Shown here one piece after another: positions 52,052 through 64,000 of a DNA stretch of 64,000 nucleotides. Every line of letters starts with the position of its first letter. The first letter of the stretch is position 1. The notes beneath the pieces are model-generated. The model searched no databases. It saw nothing but the letters and a program-made list of their open reading frames with translations, and was not told the DNA's origin. The translations under genes were made by a program, and so were the position numbers. The DNA lies in contig NC_081397.1 of NCBI RefSeq assembly GCF_030684315.1, forward strand, positions 4,278,001 to 4,342,000, read 5' to 3'. The stretch comes from Stegostoma tigrinum (lineage: Eukaryota).

Positions 52052-52349
52052 TTCCCTACAGTGTGGAAACAGGCGCCTCGGCTCAACAAGTCCACACCAC
52101 CCCTTCAAGCTTCCCACCCAGACCCATACCCCTGTAACCCACACACCCCTGAACAGTACAGGCAATTTAGCATGTCCAATCCACCTAACCTGCACATCTT
52201 TGGGCTGTGGGAGGAAACCGGAGCACCCGGAGTAAACCCACGCAGACACAGGGAGAATGTGTAAACTCCATACAGACAGTCGCCCGAGGCTGGAATCGAA
52301 TCTGGGTCCCTGGTGCTGTGAGGCTGCAGTGCTAGCCACTGTGCCACCC
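52052..52349 (-). mobile_element. tRNA-derived shark-type SINE
   Basis: Minus strand reads GGGTGGCACAGTGGCTAGCACTG...GATTCGATTCC, then the core and a CR1-like tail. Confidence 0.9.
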
Positions 52350-53050
52350 TATAATCCCTATTAGAAATAAGGGAAGGAAGTAGAGATATTTTGGACTGCA
52401 TATGTATGAACAGAAAGGGTGTCTTTGCAGCCTTAGATCATACAAAGGTGGATGAATTTCTGAGTTCTGATAGTGTCCATCTCGGATTTTGTGGGAAGCC
52501 AGTAAAGAAATTGCAGAGGCCCTTCCTTTGCAGAGATTTTAGCTTCATTTTTAGCCACTGGCGAGGTTCCAGAAGACTCGAGGGTGGCTAAAGTTGTTAC
52601 ATTGTTTATGAAAGGGAGGAAAGACAAGCCAGGGAACTTCCAGCCAGTGAGCCTAACACCAGCAGTAAGCAAGTTATTGGAAAGGATGCTGAGTGACAGG
52701 ATCAATGAACATTTGGATATTCAAGGTATGATTACGGATAGTCGGCATGGATTTGTGTGCGGAAAGGCACATGTGACAAATCTTTGAGTTTTTCAAAGAA
52801 GTAACCAAGTGAATAGATGAGGGGAGGGCAGTAGATGCAGTCTGTGTGGACTTTAGTAAGGCCTTTGACAAGGTCCTGCACGCAGACTAGTAATGAAGGT
52901 TAGGTTGCAAGGGATCCAGGGAGAGCTAGCTAATTTGATTCAAAAATGGCTCGATGGTAGAAAGCAGAGTGTGATGGTTGAAGCTTGTTTCTCGGACTGG
53001 AGGCCTGTGACTCGTGGTGTGCCACAGGGGTTTGTGCTGTGACCTTTGTT

Positions 53051-53347
53051 GGGCACCTCGGTGTCTCAGTGGCTAGCACCGGGGATCTGGGTTCAATTCC
53101 ATCCTCAGGCGATTATCTGTGTGGAGTTTGCACATTCTCTCCGTGTTTGAATGATGTTCCTCCGGGTGCTCCGGTTTCCTCCCACAGTTCAAAGATGTGC
53201 AGGCTAGGTTGGTTGGCTATGGGAATTTTCCCGTAGTGTTCAGTCATGTGTTGGGTGAGTTCTAGCAGGATGGATCTGGGTGGGATGCTCGGAGTGTCAG
53301 CATGAACTTGTTGGGCCAAAGGGCCTATTTCCACACAGTAGGGATTC
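53051..53347 (+). mobile_element. tRNA-derived shark-type SINE
   Basis: CTCAGTGGCTAGCAC...GGGTTCAATTCC...GTGTGGAGTTTGCAC...GGGCCTATTTCC. Confidence 0.85.
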
Positions 53348-54957
53348 GATGATTGTGTGATAAGTGGCCTTGATGTGAATGTACAAGGCATGATTCATAT
53401 GTTTTCCAATAATACAAAATTAAGATGTAGTTTTGAAAGTGCGGAAGGTTTATCAAGAAAATAGAGGGATTTAAGAAGGACCTTGCGGAGTGGTGCACAT
53501 GTGGAATCAGCTGCCAGAGAAAGTTGTTGAGGCAGGTGCAATTGCAGCATTAAAAAAAGGGTAGGTTTTAGAGGGATATGGACCAAATGTGGGCAGTTGG
53601 AATTAGCTGAGAGGGCACCATGATCAGCATGAACCAGTTTGGGCTGAAGGGCCTTTGTCCATGCTGCATGACTGCCTGACCTCAGACTACAACAGGACCT
53701 TGATCGAGAGGACCAATGGGGTATGGAGTGGCAGCTGGGGTTTAATCTTGACAAATGTGAGGTGCTACATTTTGTCACAGAAAATCGGGGCAAGACTTGC
53801 ACACTTCATGGTCAATTCTCGGGAAGTGTTGCCAAACTAAGTGGCCATGGAATGCAGGCTCATAGCGTCTTGAAAGTGGAATTCCAGGGAGACAGGGCAG
53901 TGAAGAAGGTGTTTGATACAATTCCCTTTATTGGTCAGGGCATTCAGTGTATATTGAGGATTGGGAGGTGATGTTGTGGCTGTACAGAAGATTGGTTAGA
54001 CTACTTCTGAAATACTGCATTCAATTCAGGTGCCCCCTTGCAATAGGGAAGGTGTTGTTAAACTTGCATGAGTCAGGAACATGTTTAAAAGGATGTTGCC
54101 ACAGTTTGAAAGTTTGAGTTTCAGGGAGAGACTGAATAGACAGGGCTTATTGTGGCTTGTTTTGCAGCTTGTTTTCCATGGAGTGTCAGAGGCTGGGTGG
54201 TGACTGTGTAGAAGATATAAAATTAAGAGGGGCATGGATAGCATGAATAATCACGTTCTTATGCACACGGGATAGGAGTCCGAAACTAGAGGGCATGGGT
54301 TTTGGATGAGAAAATCACGATGTGAAAGGAATTTAAGGTGGGTAATGTTTGCTCACAGAGTGTGGTGTGGAATTGCAGTGAACTGCCAGAGGAAGTGGTG
54401 GAGTTGAGTACAGCTACAACATTTAAATGACATCTGGGCGGGTGTATGAATCGGAAGGGCTTAGAGTGATGTGGGCCAAATGCTGGCAAATAGGACTAGA
54501 TTAATTGAGGATATCTGGTTGCCATGGATGAGGTGGACCCACGAGTGTTGTATATCTTTATGACAGTATGACAGGAACAGACTGTGAGAGAGTAATAACC
54601 ATCCACACTTCATGAAAAGCGTCAGATGGATAACTGCACTCCCATTTTCATATCGCAGAGACTGACAGATATTCGACAAACTATCCCTCATTAAACATCA
54701 AGCTCTGAACACAATACTGCTTATAGTGTAATGCAGAAACTACAGAGAGTGATGAAACAAAATAATATGTTATACATGAAAGGTTGCTTTGAGCAGATAA
54801 ATACATTGTCGCAATTAAAAACTCTCAGGTACTGTGTTTAAAATATCAATAAATGACAATAACGAGTTAAATGTAGAGTGATTCGGGTACAAAATTTCGG
54901 CTTGTGTTTCACTTTTCGTTGCATGTCCTGACAGATCCCCGATGTATCCCACACTAA

Positions 54958-55068
54958 CCAATCACAGAAAAGCTAATCACATCCTCTGAGATTCTTGTAA
55001 ACTGTCCAATCATGAACAAGACCTCCCCAATCCCTCATTAGCATTGCTGACGCCAGCAGCCTATAAAA
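54958..55068 (+). promoter_or_regulatory. H2B promoter: three CCAAT boxes, octamer variant, TATA
   Basis: CCAAT at 54958, 55006 and 55027. ATTAGCAT at 55037-55044 (canonical H2B octamer is ATTTGCAT). TGACG at 55048. TATAAAA at 55062-55068. Confidence 0.85.
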
Positions 55069-55121
55069 AGCGAGCTCCGCGCCCACTTTCCCTTATTCTG
55101 TGTCTGACAGTGACCGTCGCT

Positions 55122-55502
55122 ATGGCAGATGAGAAGAAATCGCAGGCAACTTCCAAGAAAGGCGCGAAGAAAATCATCAAGAAGGCGCCGGGGAAAAGCG
55201 GCAAGAAAAGGAGCCGACGCAGGAAAGAAAGTTACTCCATCTACATCTACAAAGTGATGAAGCAGGTTCACCCCGACACCGGCATCTCCTCCAGGGCCAT
55301 GAGCATCATGAACTCGTTCGTCAACGATATTTTCGAGCGTATCGCAGGGGAGGCTTCCCGCCTGGCCCATTACAACAAGCGCAGCACCATCAGCTCCCGG
55401 GAGATCCAGACCGCCGTGCGGCTGCTGCTGCCCGGGGAGCTGGCCAAGCACGCCGTGTCGGAGGGTACAAAGGCGGTGACCAAGTACACCAGCTCCAAGT
55501 GA
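55122..55502 (+). CDS. H2B: Histone H2B, replication-dependent, 126 aa
   Basis: [23 protein letters not shown]...AVTKYTSSK. First ATG after the TATA box, followed by a stem-loop. Confidence 0.98.
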   Translation: MADEKKSQATSKKGAKKIIKKAPGKSGKKRSRRRKESYSIYIYKVMKQVHPDTGISSRAMSIMNSFVNDIFERIAGEASRLAHYNKRSTISSREIQTAVRLLLPGELAKHAVSEGTKAVTKYTSSK

Positions 55503-55544
55503 GACACCTCGCTGCTGAAAGCAGACACCAATCCAAAACCCAAC

Positions 55545-55560
55545 GGCTCTTTTAAGAGCC
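55545..55560 (+). terminator. H2B 3' stem-loop
   Basis: GGCTCTTTTAAGAGCC followed by ACCCA. Confidence 0.95.
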
Positions 55561-55606
55561 ACCCACAATTGCACTGAGGCAGCTGAACCGTTTTAACTTG
55601 GATAGT

Positions 55607-55716
55607 CGATGCTGGAGAATCTGAGACAACAAGGTGTGGGCCTGGGTGAACACAGCAAGCCGAGCAGCGTCAGAGGAGCAGGAATGTTGACATTTCGGGG
55701 CGAGACCCTTCTTAAG
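55607..55716 (-). mobile_element. Penelope pLTR fragment
   Basis: GATGCTGGAGAATCTGAGACAACAAGGTGTG...TTTCGGGGCGAGACCCTTC. Confidence 0.75.
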
Positions 55717-55959
55717 AAATTAGGTTTTAACTTTGTGGTTTATTCTGGGTCTGTATAATTCATGTCCCTAAGCTTTGTGTTTCGTTTTCAATAAATTTTG
55801 TTTAAAAAAATTCGTGTGATCCCTGACCCTCTGCCCTTTATTCTCGGTTGCGTAGTTCCCTGACTGTTTTCCCTGCCTGTATAGAGAGCATATTTATCGT
55901 CACGGAGTCATTTTTTTCTGCAACTTCTTTGTTTTCCGGTTACTCTTTAACCCTTGAAA

Positions 55960-56490
55960 ACAAAGTGTGAGGATGGATGAACACAGCAGGCCAAGCAGCA
56001 TCTCAGGAGCACAAAAGCTGACGTTTCGGGCCGAGACCTTTCATCAGAGAGGGGGATGGGGGGAGGGAACTGGAATAAATAGGGAGAGAGGGGGAGGCGG
56101 ACCGAAGATGGAGAGTAACATTTTGTTATCTTGGAATTTGGGGCGGCACGGTGGCTCAGGGGTTAGCACTGCAGCCTCACAGCGCCAGGAACCCAGGTTC
56201 AATTCCCACCTCAGGCTGTGAGGAGTTTGCACATTCTCCCCGTGTTTGCGTGGGTTTCCTCCGGGGTCCGCTGGTTTCCTCCCACAGTCCAAAGATGTGC
56301 AGGCTAGGTGGAATGGCCATGCTAAATTGCCCGTAGTGTTCAGGGGAGTGTGGGTTATAGGGAGATGGGTCTGGTTGGGATGCTTCAAGGGGCGGTGTGG
56401 ACTTGTTCGGCTGAAGGGCCTGTTTCCACACTGGAGGGAATCTTAAAAAAAAATTCTCCAGCATCTGCAGTTCCCATTAACACTGATACT
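55960..56490. mobile_element. Penelope pLTR fragments with a SINE (56141-56442, +) inserted
   Basis: Minus pLTR 55960-56115 has an intact hammerhead core. The SINE head reads GGGCGGCACGGTGGCTCAG...GGTTCAATTCCC. Confidence 0.85.
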
Positions 56491-57937
56491 CTTTAACCCT
56501 TGATCCGTGCATAAGCTACAGTGCCCCCTGGGGTATGAAACACGAGTTTCGACCCCGGAAAGGAAAGTAACTGTTCTCGTCCCACGAATAGATTTTGAAA
56601 CTTACTTGTCCTTTTCTTTTTTTTTCAATTTTCAAAACGCCACTGAGGCTTCGTCTGATGTTTGCAGAGCACTGCAAATGAGGCTGTCAGGTGTCGCGAA
56701 GAGGCTTTCAAACTGAACTGAGATGTGAAACTGGCTGAAGTCTGATCAAGGACAATAGGGACGGCAAATTTAAACTGAAGTTTCACCTCTCTCAACGGCA
56801 AGAACGTTATGTGAGTTTTTCCTTAATATTTCAGACGCACTTGCAATATGAAAATGAATTAAATTCGATGAAAAATTATTCATTCCTCTTTGTAAAACGT
56901 CTTTTTCCTATTTCGGACGTGTTGGAGGGTTTTGTCCCTGTGGGTAATGAGCCCTAAATTTCTCCCGTGGCAACGAAAGCAAATGACCCCATATTTGAGA
57001 CCAACGAAGAGTAGTATCGTGCGATTTGTGTTTTGTTTCAATTTCCAAATCTCTACGTGAAGTTCTCCGAGTTTATTTTCAGAATGCAGTATGTGGGGCT
57101 TGCCGTTCTCGGTAAGAGGCTTTTCAAAATGAAATCTAGCACAATAATTACAAAATTTGCCGAAGCCGGTATCACTCATTGAGTGAGAAAGAGAGGTTAT
57201 GTCAAGTATCAATTTTTGTAATCTGAAAGGAAATTAAATCGTAAGCATTCATGTAAAGCGTCTTCCTCGTATTGCCCATGTTGGCGGGCTTTTCAAATCG
57301 GAAAGAAAACGGTGGATGATTTGGCGCCGGTATTTTCCTACGGTTTCCACGCAGAGGAATTTTGTTTAATTTTCAAATCTCCCCGCGGGTTCTGTCCAGT
57401 TTTGCAGAAAGCTATAAATGAGGCTTTCTGCTGTCGGTGGGAGCATTTCAAAGTGAACCGAGATGAAAGCAGAACAGCTGCCGGACTGGCATCGCAAAAG
57501 TAGAAATATTGTTGATCTCGTGCAGTAGGGAGCGCGATTGTAAAATGTTGTTTAAAGCAGTAATGCGCTCAACGGGAAAGAAATTGTTGTGTGATACTGT
57601 TATCATTATATCCATTATCGGCATTATATGCTGATCTGAAATAAAATAAATCTGTGCAGAGACTTACTTTTGTCGGGCTCTTTTTTCTGCCATCTGCTCA
57701 TTCTTAAGTATTAAAAAAATCAGAAACACATCGATTCACTGAGGCCTGGGAATCAGAGAGAGATTGTGTGCAGTATACAGGTGTATTCTAACAGTAAATT
57801 ATCTGAAATATGAACGTATTCTTCTTTGTAAAACTTCTTCCAGTTTTGTACATATTGGCGGGCTTTCCGAGTTTGAAAGAAAGCGGTTGATGATTTGGCG
57901 CCAGGACGTTCCCGCCTCCTCCCCTGGCCCTCTCCGG

Positions 57938-58499
<562 letters not shown>

Positions 58500-58529
58500 A
58501 GAGGCCGTTCTTGAATTTGCAAACACAAA

Positions 58530-58545
58530 GGCTCTTTTAAGAGCC
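58530..58545 (+). terminator. H2A 3' stem-loop
   Basis: CAAA-GGCTCTTTTAAGAGCC-ACCCA, with purine-rich GAAAAGCAG at ~58561. Confidence 0.95.
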
Positions 58546-59257
58546 ACCCACCACATCAGTGAAAAGCAGCTAGACCATCACTGCTGGCTAATTAATTTGC
58601 ATTTTATGTGGAAACACGGGCCTCTAAATGAGCAAAAATAATCCCTTTTGCTTTCTCCTTCACACGGATAACAGTAGAACAGCTGCCGGACGGGACGAAT
58701 AAAGTTGGAGGTTTTGCTACAGGGACAGAGACTTGAAACAGTGACTCAAAGGGGCATTCCCATCAATACGCTGACAGGGAAATAGAGACATGGGATAGCT
58801 CTGCGCCAGAAAGAGGCCCTTCGAAACAGAACCGACCCTCCTCAGTGGGTCGAACAAATAGACTCGTGGGAGATTGGGCAAAATTTCGAGTGCACGAACA
58901 AAAATATAAAAATCGTTTGTGTGTTGTGGTGGGTTTTGAAATTGGCGATTGTCTTCCACCATCCTCCTCCGCCAAGTTCAGTTACAGCTGGGGAAACGCC
59001 CAGGGAAGCAATTCGCACACAGGCGTTTCAATTGGAAATGTATAAATTGTAAAACGTGGAGTGCAGTACTTGAATTTGTTGCGATTAGTGAAAGTGTATA
59101 AATCTGATTGCCCGGAGTAGCCTCTTGTCTTTAAGATGAATTAGTGCATCTCAGACACATTCAGTTTCTGTTAGAGCTGTTGCATTGAGCTGACATCAAT
59201 AGCATTAACTAAAGTCCGCAGTGCCTGATGATTGCTTCTCTCTCTGGATAGTGTAGT

Positions 59258-59273
59258 GGCTCTGAAAAGAGCC
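59258..59273 (-). terminator. H3 3' stem-loop
   Basis: Minus strand reads GGCTCTTTTCAGAGCC-ACTAC, followed by AGAGAGAGAAG. Confidence 0.95.
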
Positions 59274-59315
59274 GTTGTTTCTCGGGGTGAATGTGTAGGG
59301 TCGGGCACGCTCCTT

Positions 59316-59753
<438 letters not shown>

Positions 59754-59782
59754 CTATCAATGCTGAGCCTGCCGCCGCGCTG

Positions 59783-59825
59783 CCTATTTAAGGGAATGGA
59801 GAGCCCGCCCTAAAGCCTGGATTGG
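59783..59825 (-). promoter_or_regulatory. H3 promoter: TATA-like TTAAATA, GC box, CCAAT
   Basis: Minus-strand CCAAT at 59825-59821, GGGCGGG at ~59810-59804 and TTAAATAGG at ~59791-59783. Confidence 0.75.
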
Positions 59826-60529
59826 ATACAGCCCCGTCCCTCAACCCCCTGAGAAACAGCCGCTGAAGGACAGGAAAGGCAGCAAAATAATTGTTGGAGG
59901 CTGATTTGTTAAGTTGAAATGACAGTTGGTCAATTTCAAATCGCCCGCCGATTTCAGCCTGAACTTAAGTAATTTTAAAACGAGAAGTCGCATGCGTCTG
60001 CAACTAAGGTTATATCTTATGCTTTACAAAATTTTATTGTGAACCTAACTTGCAGTCAGCGCGGAGAGGGCTCTGAATCATTTCCTGATGTGTCTCTGAC
60101 AGGCAGTTAGAATGAACTCGCCACTAAAACATCAGCACGGCTACCAGAATCAAACTGAACAAAGTATCTTTCCTGGAAGCGTGAATGAAGTACAAACACT
60201 GCAATATGCAATTAGCGCCTGGGCCCAAAATTACGGACAGAGCAAATTATTATTCATGGTATGGACAACTGGTAGTATTACTGATAGACTGGTATCCACA
60301 AGAAAGGGCATAACCAGCTGCAGAACAGTATCGTCTCGATTGGCCGTGAAACCTCTATCTGTAGTGCAGGGATACCTTGTTTATAAAACACTTTACTGCA
60401 GACAGTATAATTTCTCCTGCAACGCGGGGCACGAAGTTAATATATTTCCTGAAAGGATTGGTTCAAAATTAAAAGTCGCTGCACCAGCCCTATGTGTTGC
60501 CTTTCCCCGTCCTCAGGTCTCCGCTCTCA

Positions 60530-60910
<381 letters not shown>

Positions 60911-61424
60911 TCACTGCAATTGCTGCCGAGTGAGAGCCGAGCTGCCTCACCTTCCGTCTTTATACAGCCCGCCCCGACCTGACTGAGAAAGAGCTGACAG
61001 AGAGTGAGAGGCGGCCCGGGCAGGAAACTGAGTGACAGACAGAGAAATGTCCAGCTCCGCCTCCAGCTAACTCCCGCCCCTCACTGGATCTGGAACTCAA
61101 CCTTTTCTCCACAAGGGCAGTGAACACAAGGCCCGGCAGAAAGCCTGCAGGCTCAAGCTTCATGTTCGAAGATAATAAAACCTGGAACTTTTAAAAGCAG
61201 TTGTGATACAATTAAACGCCCATGTGCCGGCCTTTCTTTCAGAAGACAGCATGTCAGCTTCCATTTCAAAGACAATGTCAATTTCCATTGCTCCAGCAGA
61301 ATCAGACAAAATAATTTCTTGAGGGCTGTGTTGTGAAGTAGGGTTTCTGCGCCAGTGTTACTCTCTCCCTGAATGTGTAAAATAGAAACGGACAGGAACT
61401 GAAATTGACTTTTCCACAGCCATA

Positions 61425-62060
61425 ATAACAAAGTGTGGGGCTGGATGAACACAGCTGGCCAAGCAGCATCTTAGGAGCACAAAAGCTGATATTTCGGGCC
61501 GAGACCCTTCAATCAGTCAATATCACTTTCCACAGCCATATCACATTCCTCAGTGACTGCCTCCGCCTCAGACTCACACCACGTGGATTCCAACTCAAGT
61601 TTCATCCCACATGTTTTGAATACTCCCAGGATCATAGATACCACCATGATGTTCAACATTCCACGGACGGCAGCTGTGGCCACATTCTGAGATCCACCCT
61701 CAATGCGATGCGGCGGCACATGCATACTCTCAACCTCTCTCTCCAACAGCATCGTAACACACTGGCTCAGGGCTGTACCATTCCTCAGTTCCACTTCATC
61801 CTCCGGCTCATTCGTCAGACTAACAAGGAATTTTTTTGTTTTCTTTTCCGATCAGGCAATCAGGCCCACAAGATGCATCAACTCAAAAATACCCATGGCT
61901 GTCTGGAACCTACCTCTCCTTCCCTTCGCTCTGACTCTATCCCCTCCCACAAACACCCCACGTCATGTTGGGTATTGGCCATCCCTCCTAACCTTCTGCT
62001 CTCTGATGCTGAATGCTCTGTACTCAGCAAAGGCCTCAGCTTTATCTCTCTGCATCCAGT
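61425..62060 (+). mobile_element. Penelope 5' ORF fragment preceded by an inverted pLTR piece
   Basis: SHITFLSDCLRLRLTPRGFQLKF...AECSVLSKGLSF, matching the N-terminal domain of PLE ORFs. Confidence 0.8.
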
Positions 62061-62311
62061 TCTGAGGAAGGGTCATCGGACCCGAAATGTTCACTTTTTT
62101 TCCCTCCATAGATGCTGCCAAATCTGCTGAGCATTTCCAGTAACTTTGTTTTTGTTCCTGAACTGCAAGTGCACCCGAACTGATGGTCAGTGAAAATGAG
62201 AGAGGGTGTCCTCACACTAATTCATTGTAGAATGTGCAGGAGGAACTGGGTGTAAATGGAGCCAAGAAAGTGTGCTTTGAGTGTTTCTAATTAATTAATG
62301 TCTACGTCTCC

Positions 62312-62482
62312 ACTTGGAACCAGGACAGGGACCCTTTGATCCGGGCTCAGCTCTTTCCTGAAAGATATCGGTGTCTCTGACAGGAGCCTTTGGGTTCAGA
62401 TGGTTACATGTTGCACCTATGGGTTCATTTCTTTGCTGCTTTCTTGGTCACTTTCACTTTCGGCTTGGCCTTCGCTTTAGTG
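62312..62482 (-). pseudogene. H1: 3' remnant of a second histone H1 gene
   Basis: Encodes TKAKAKPKVKVTKKAAKK* (stop 62427-62425). Decayed stem-loop GGCTCCTGTCAGAGAC at 62388-62373, intact AAAGAGCTG. Aligns with 31338-31490. Confidence 0.85.
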
Positions 62483-62759
62483 AACCTTTCCAATGTTTTC
62501 AACTGTATTTGCTTCTCCTGCTCTGACAGTGAACATTACAAAATCAATCCCAGCGGAGATCAGCTGTTCTCCACTAAACATAGACACACAGACCGTGCAG
62601 TTTCTCAGCATGGGGGGATGCAGCTAACCTCTGGTCAAGGTGAGTGTGTGCCTGGGCAGACTTTCCGAGAGGAGAAGGAACATTGACTGCTTTGCTGTAA
62701 TACAGGAGTATTGTTCTCAGGGTCAGTGTAACATGTCCAATTCTGTTCACTATCACTCA

Positions 62760-63520
62760 CATTAACCGATACAATACCATAGAGATTTGGGATTGTAGTG
62801 GGGGTTGTTGTGATGGAACTTGCTGTTCGGATGGATGGAGGCTATATCAAGTCTGATCAGTGCGTGAGGTGTAAAACTGCATCACAGCGACGTGCAGGAA
62901 GGCATCCTTTGACTTGGGCCTCAGCATCATTGTATCCTCCACTATCAACATCCTGGAAGCTACCATGAACCACAAGCTGAACTGGACTCGCCCAATAAAT
63001 GCAGTGGCAACAAGAGCAGGTCTAAGGCTATGGATACTGCAGCAAGTAACTTACCTCCTGACTTCTCAAACCTGTCCAAAATCTCCAACATTTAAGTCAT
63101 GTGTTAGTGCCGCTCCAACTGCACACGGCAAGCGAGATACTATCCATGAAAAAGCTGCACCTGTTAAATTGGCACCACATTCACAAACATCCACTCTCTC
63201 AAACATAAAATTAGACAGCACCTTCCAAACCCACAACTACTTCCATCTTGAAAGACAAGCAGCAGGTTCATGGGAACAGCACGATCTGCAAGAGCTTCTC
63301 CAGGCCACTCACCATCCTGACTTGGAAATGTATTGGCCATTCAGCCTCTGTCAATCTGTGAAAATCCTGCAATTCCCTTACTAATGGCAATGTGGATCGA
63401 CCTACAGCTCAGAGATTGCAATGGTTCAGGAAGACAGTTCACTACCCCCTTCTCACGGGCATTTCAGGAGGGCCAATCAATGCTCAGACCAGTCAGTGAT
63501 GCCCACATCTGGCATTTTTT
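62760..63520 (+). mobile_element. Decayed L2/CR1-clade LINE 3' fragment
   Basis: INILEATMNHKLNWTRPINAVATRAGLRL. The tail resembles the reverse complement of 860-1060. Confidence 0.65.
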
Positions 63521-63664
63521 TTCTTTGAAAAGTCTGCATTGTTCTTGCTCAGTAACAAAGACTGTCCAAATTCTCTTAAAACACCCAGTTGTGAAACAAA
63601 GCATAGACAGGGTAATCATTTTGAAGAGCATCTATGTACTGCTTGCAAAAAAGACGTTGAAATT

Positions 63665-64000
63665 CCTGTTGCCTAACACTTTAATGCACCACCCCGTTCC
63701 CAGTCCAACATCTCTGTCTCTGTCTTGCTGTAGAGTTCCATTGAAGCTCAACACAAGCTAGAAGAACAACACCTCATCTTCCACTTGGGGACCCTGCAGC
63801 CCTCTGGACTCAATATCGAGATCAATAATTTTTGTGCCTAAACTCTACCCCTCACAAGGCCTTGTCACCACATACCCTGCCATTATCCACCACCTACTGT
63901 CAGTCACTAATAGTCCCCATTAACTACTATTCAACCTCCCCGCCTGATCGTCATCAACTCTGTTCAACTGTTCTTCTTTCTGTTCGGCTCTATCCTATAA
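63665..64000 (+). mobile_element. Penelope 3' fragment
   Basis: HKLEEQHLIFHLGTLQPSGLNIE at ~63750-63825. Confidence 0.8.

Larger units (their letters stand above)
51690..54570 (+). mobile_element. Long decayed CR1 LINE with two SINE insertions
   Basis: KPGNFQPVSLTP, RHGFVCGK, VDFSKAFDKV and FNLDKCEVLHF, with a CR1 3' tail. Confidence 0.9.
40190..54690 (-). repeat. Interrupted blocks of the ~47-49 bp satellite, mostly in reverse orientation
   Basis: CAGAAACTGACAGGTACAGATTGATAACTACACTC-like units at ~40190-40600, 42990-43500, 45650-46430, 47210-47710, 48925-49650, 51075-51690 and 54570-54690. Confidence 0.8.

Noticed and set aside
56141-56215. tRNA gene (also at ~20060-20113, ~52280-52349, ~53051-53105)
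   Set aside because: The A/B boxes continue into a SINE core and CR1-like tail, with no complete cloverleaf.

Overview
Vertebrate genomic DNA, inferred to be a cartilaginous fish (shark) from its SINE, CR1 and Penelope families, its satellites and the H2B tail. The only recognisable host genes are replication-dependent histones. An intact, isolated H1 lies at 31.4-32.1 kb (-). A compact group at 55-62.5 kb runs H2B(+), H2A(+), H3.2(-), a damaged H4(-) and a 3' remnant of a second H1(-). Most of the rest is decayed CR1/L2 LINEs, Penelope-like elements, tRNA-derived SINEs, two degenerate satellites (~33 bp and ~47-49 bp) and a probable retroviral env remnant. Main structures beyond the gene list: (1) an old ~10-kb-arm inverted duplication centred near the H1 gene, each arm starting with a near-identical CpG promoter with NRF1-like sites and a first exon, and carrying two copies of an 82-83 nt exon-like cassette; (2) a young TSD-flanked 321-bp tandem array with three minimal hammerhead-ribozyme cores; (3) a ~570-bp-arm hairpin at 6.8-8.1 kb. 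All alignments were made by eye, and repeat boundaries are approximate.
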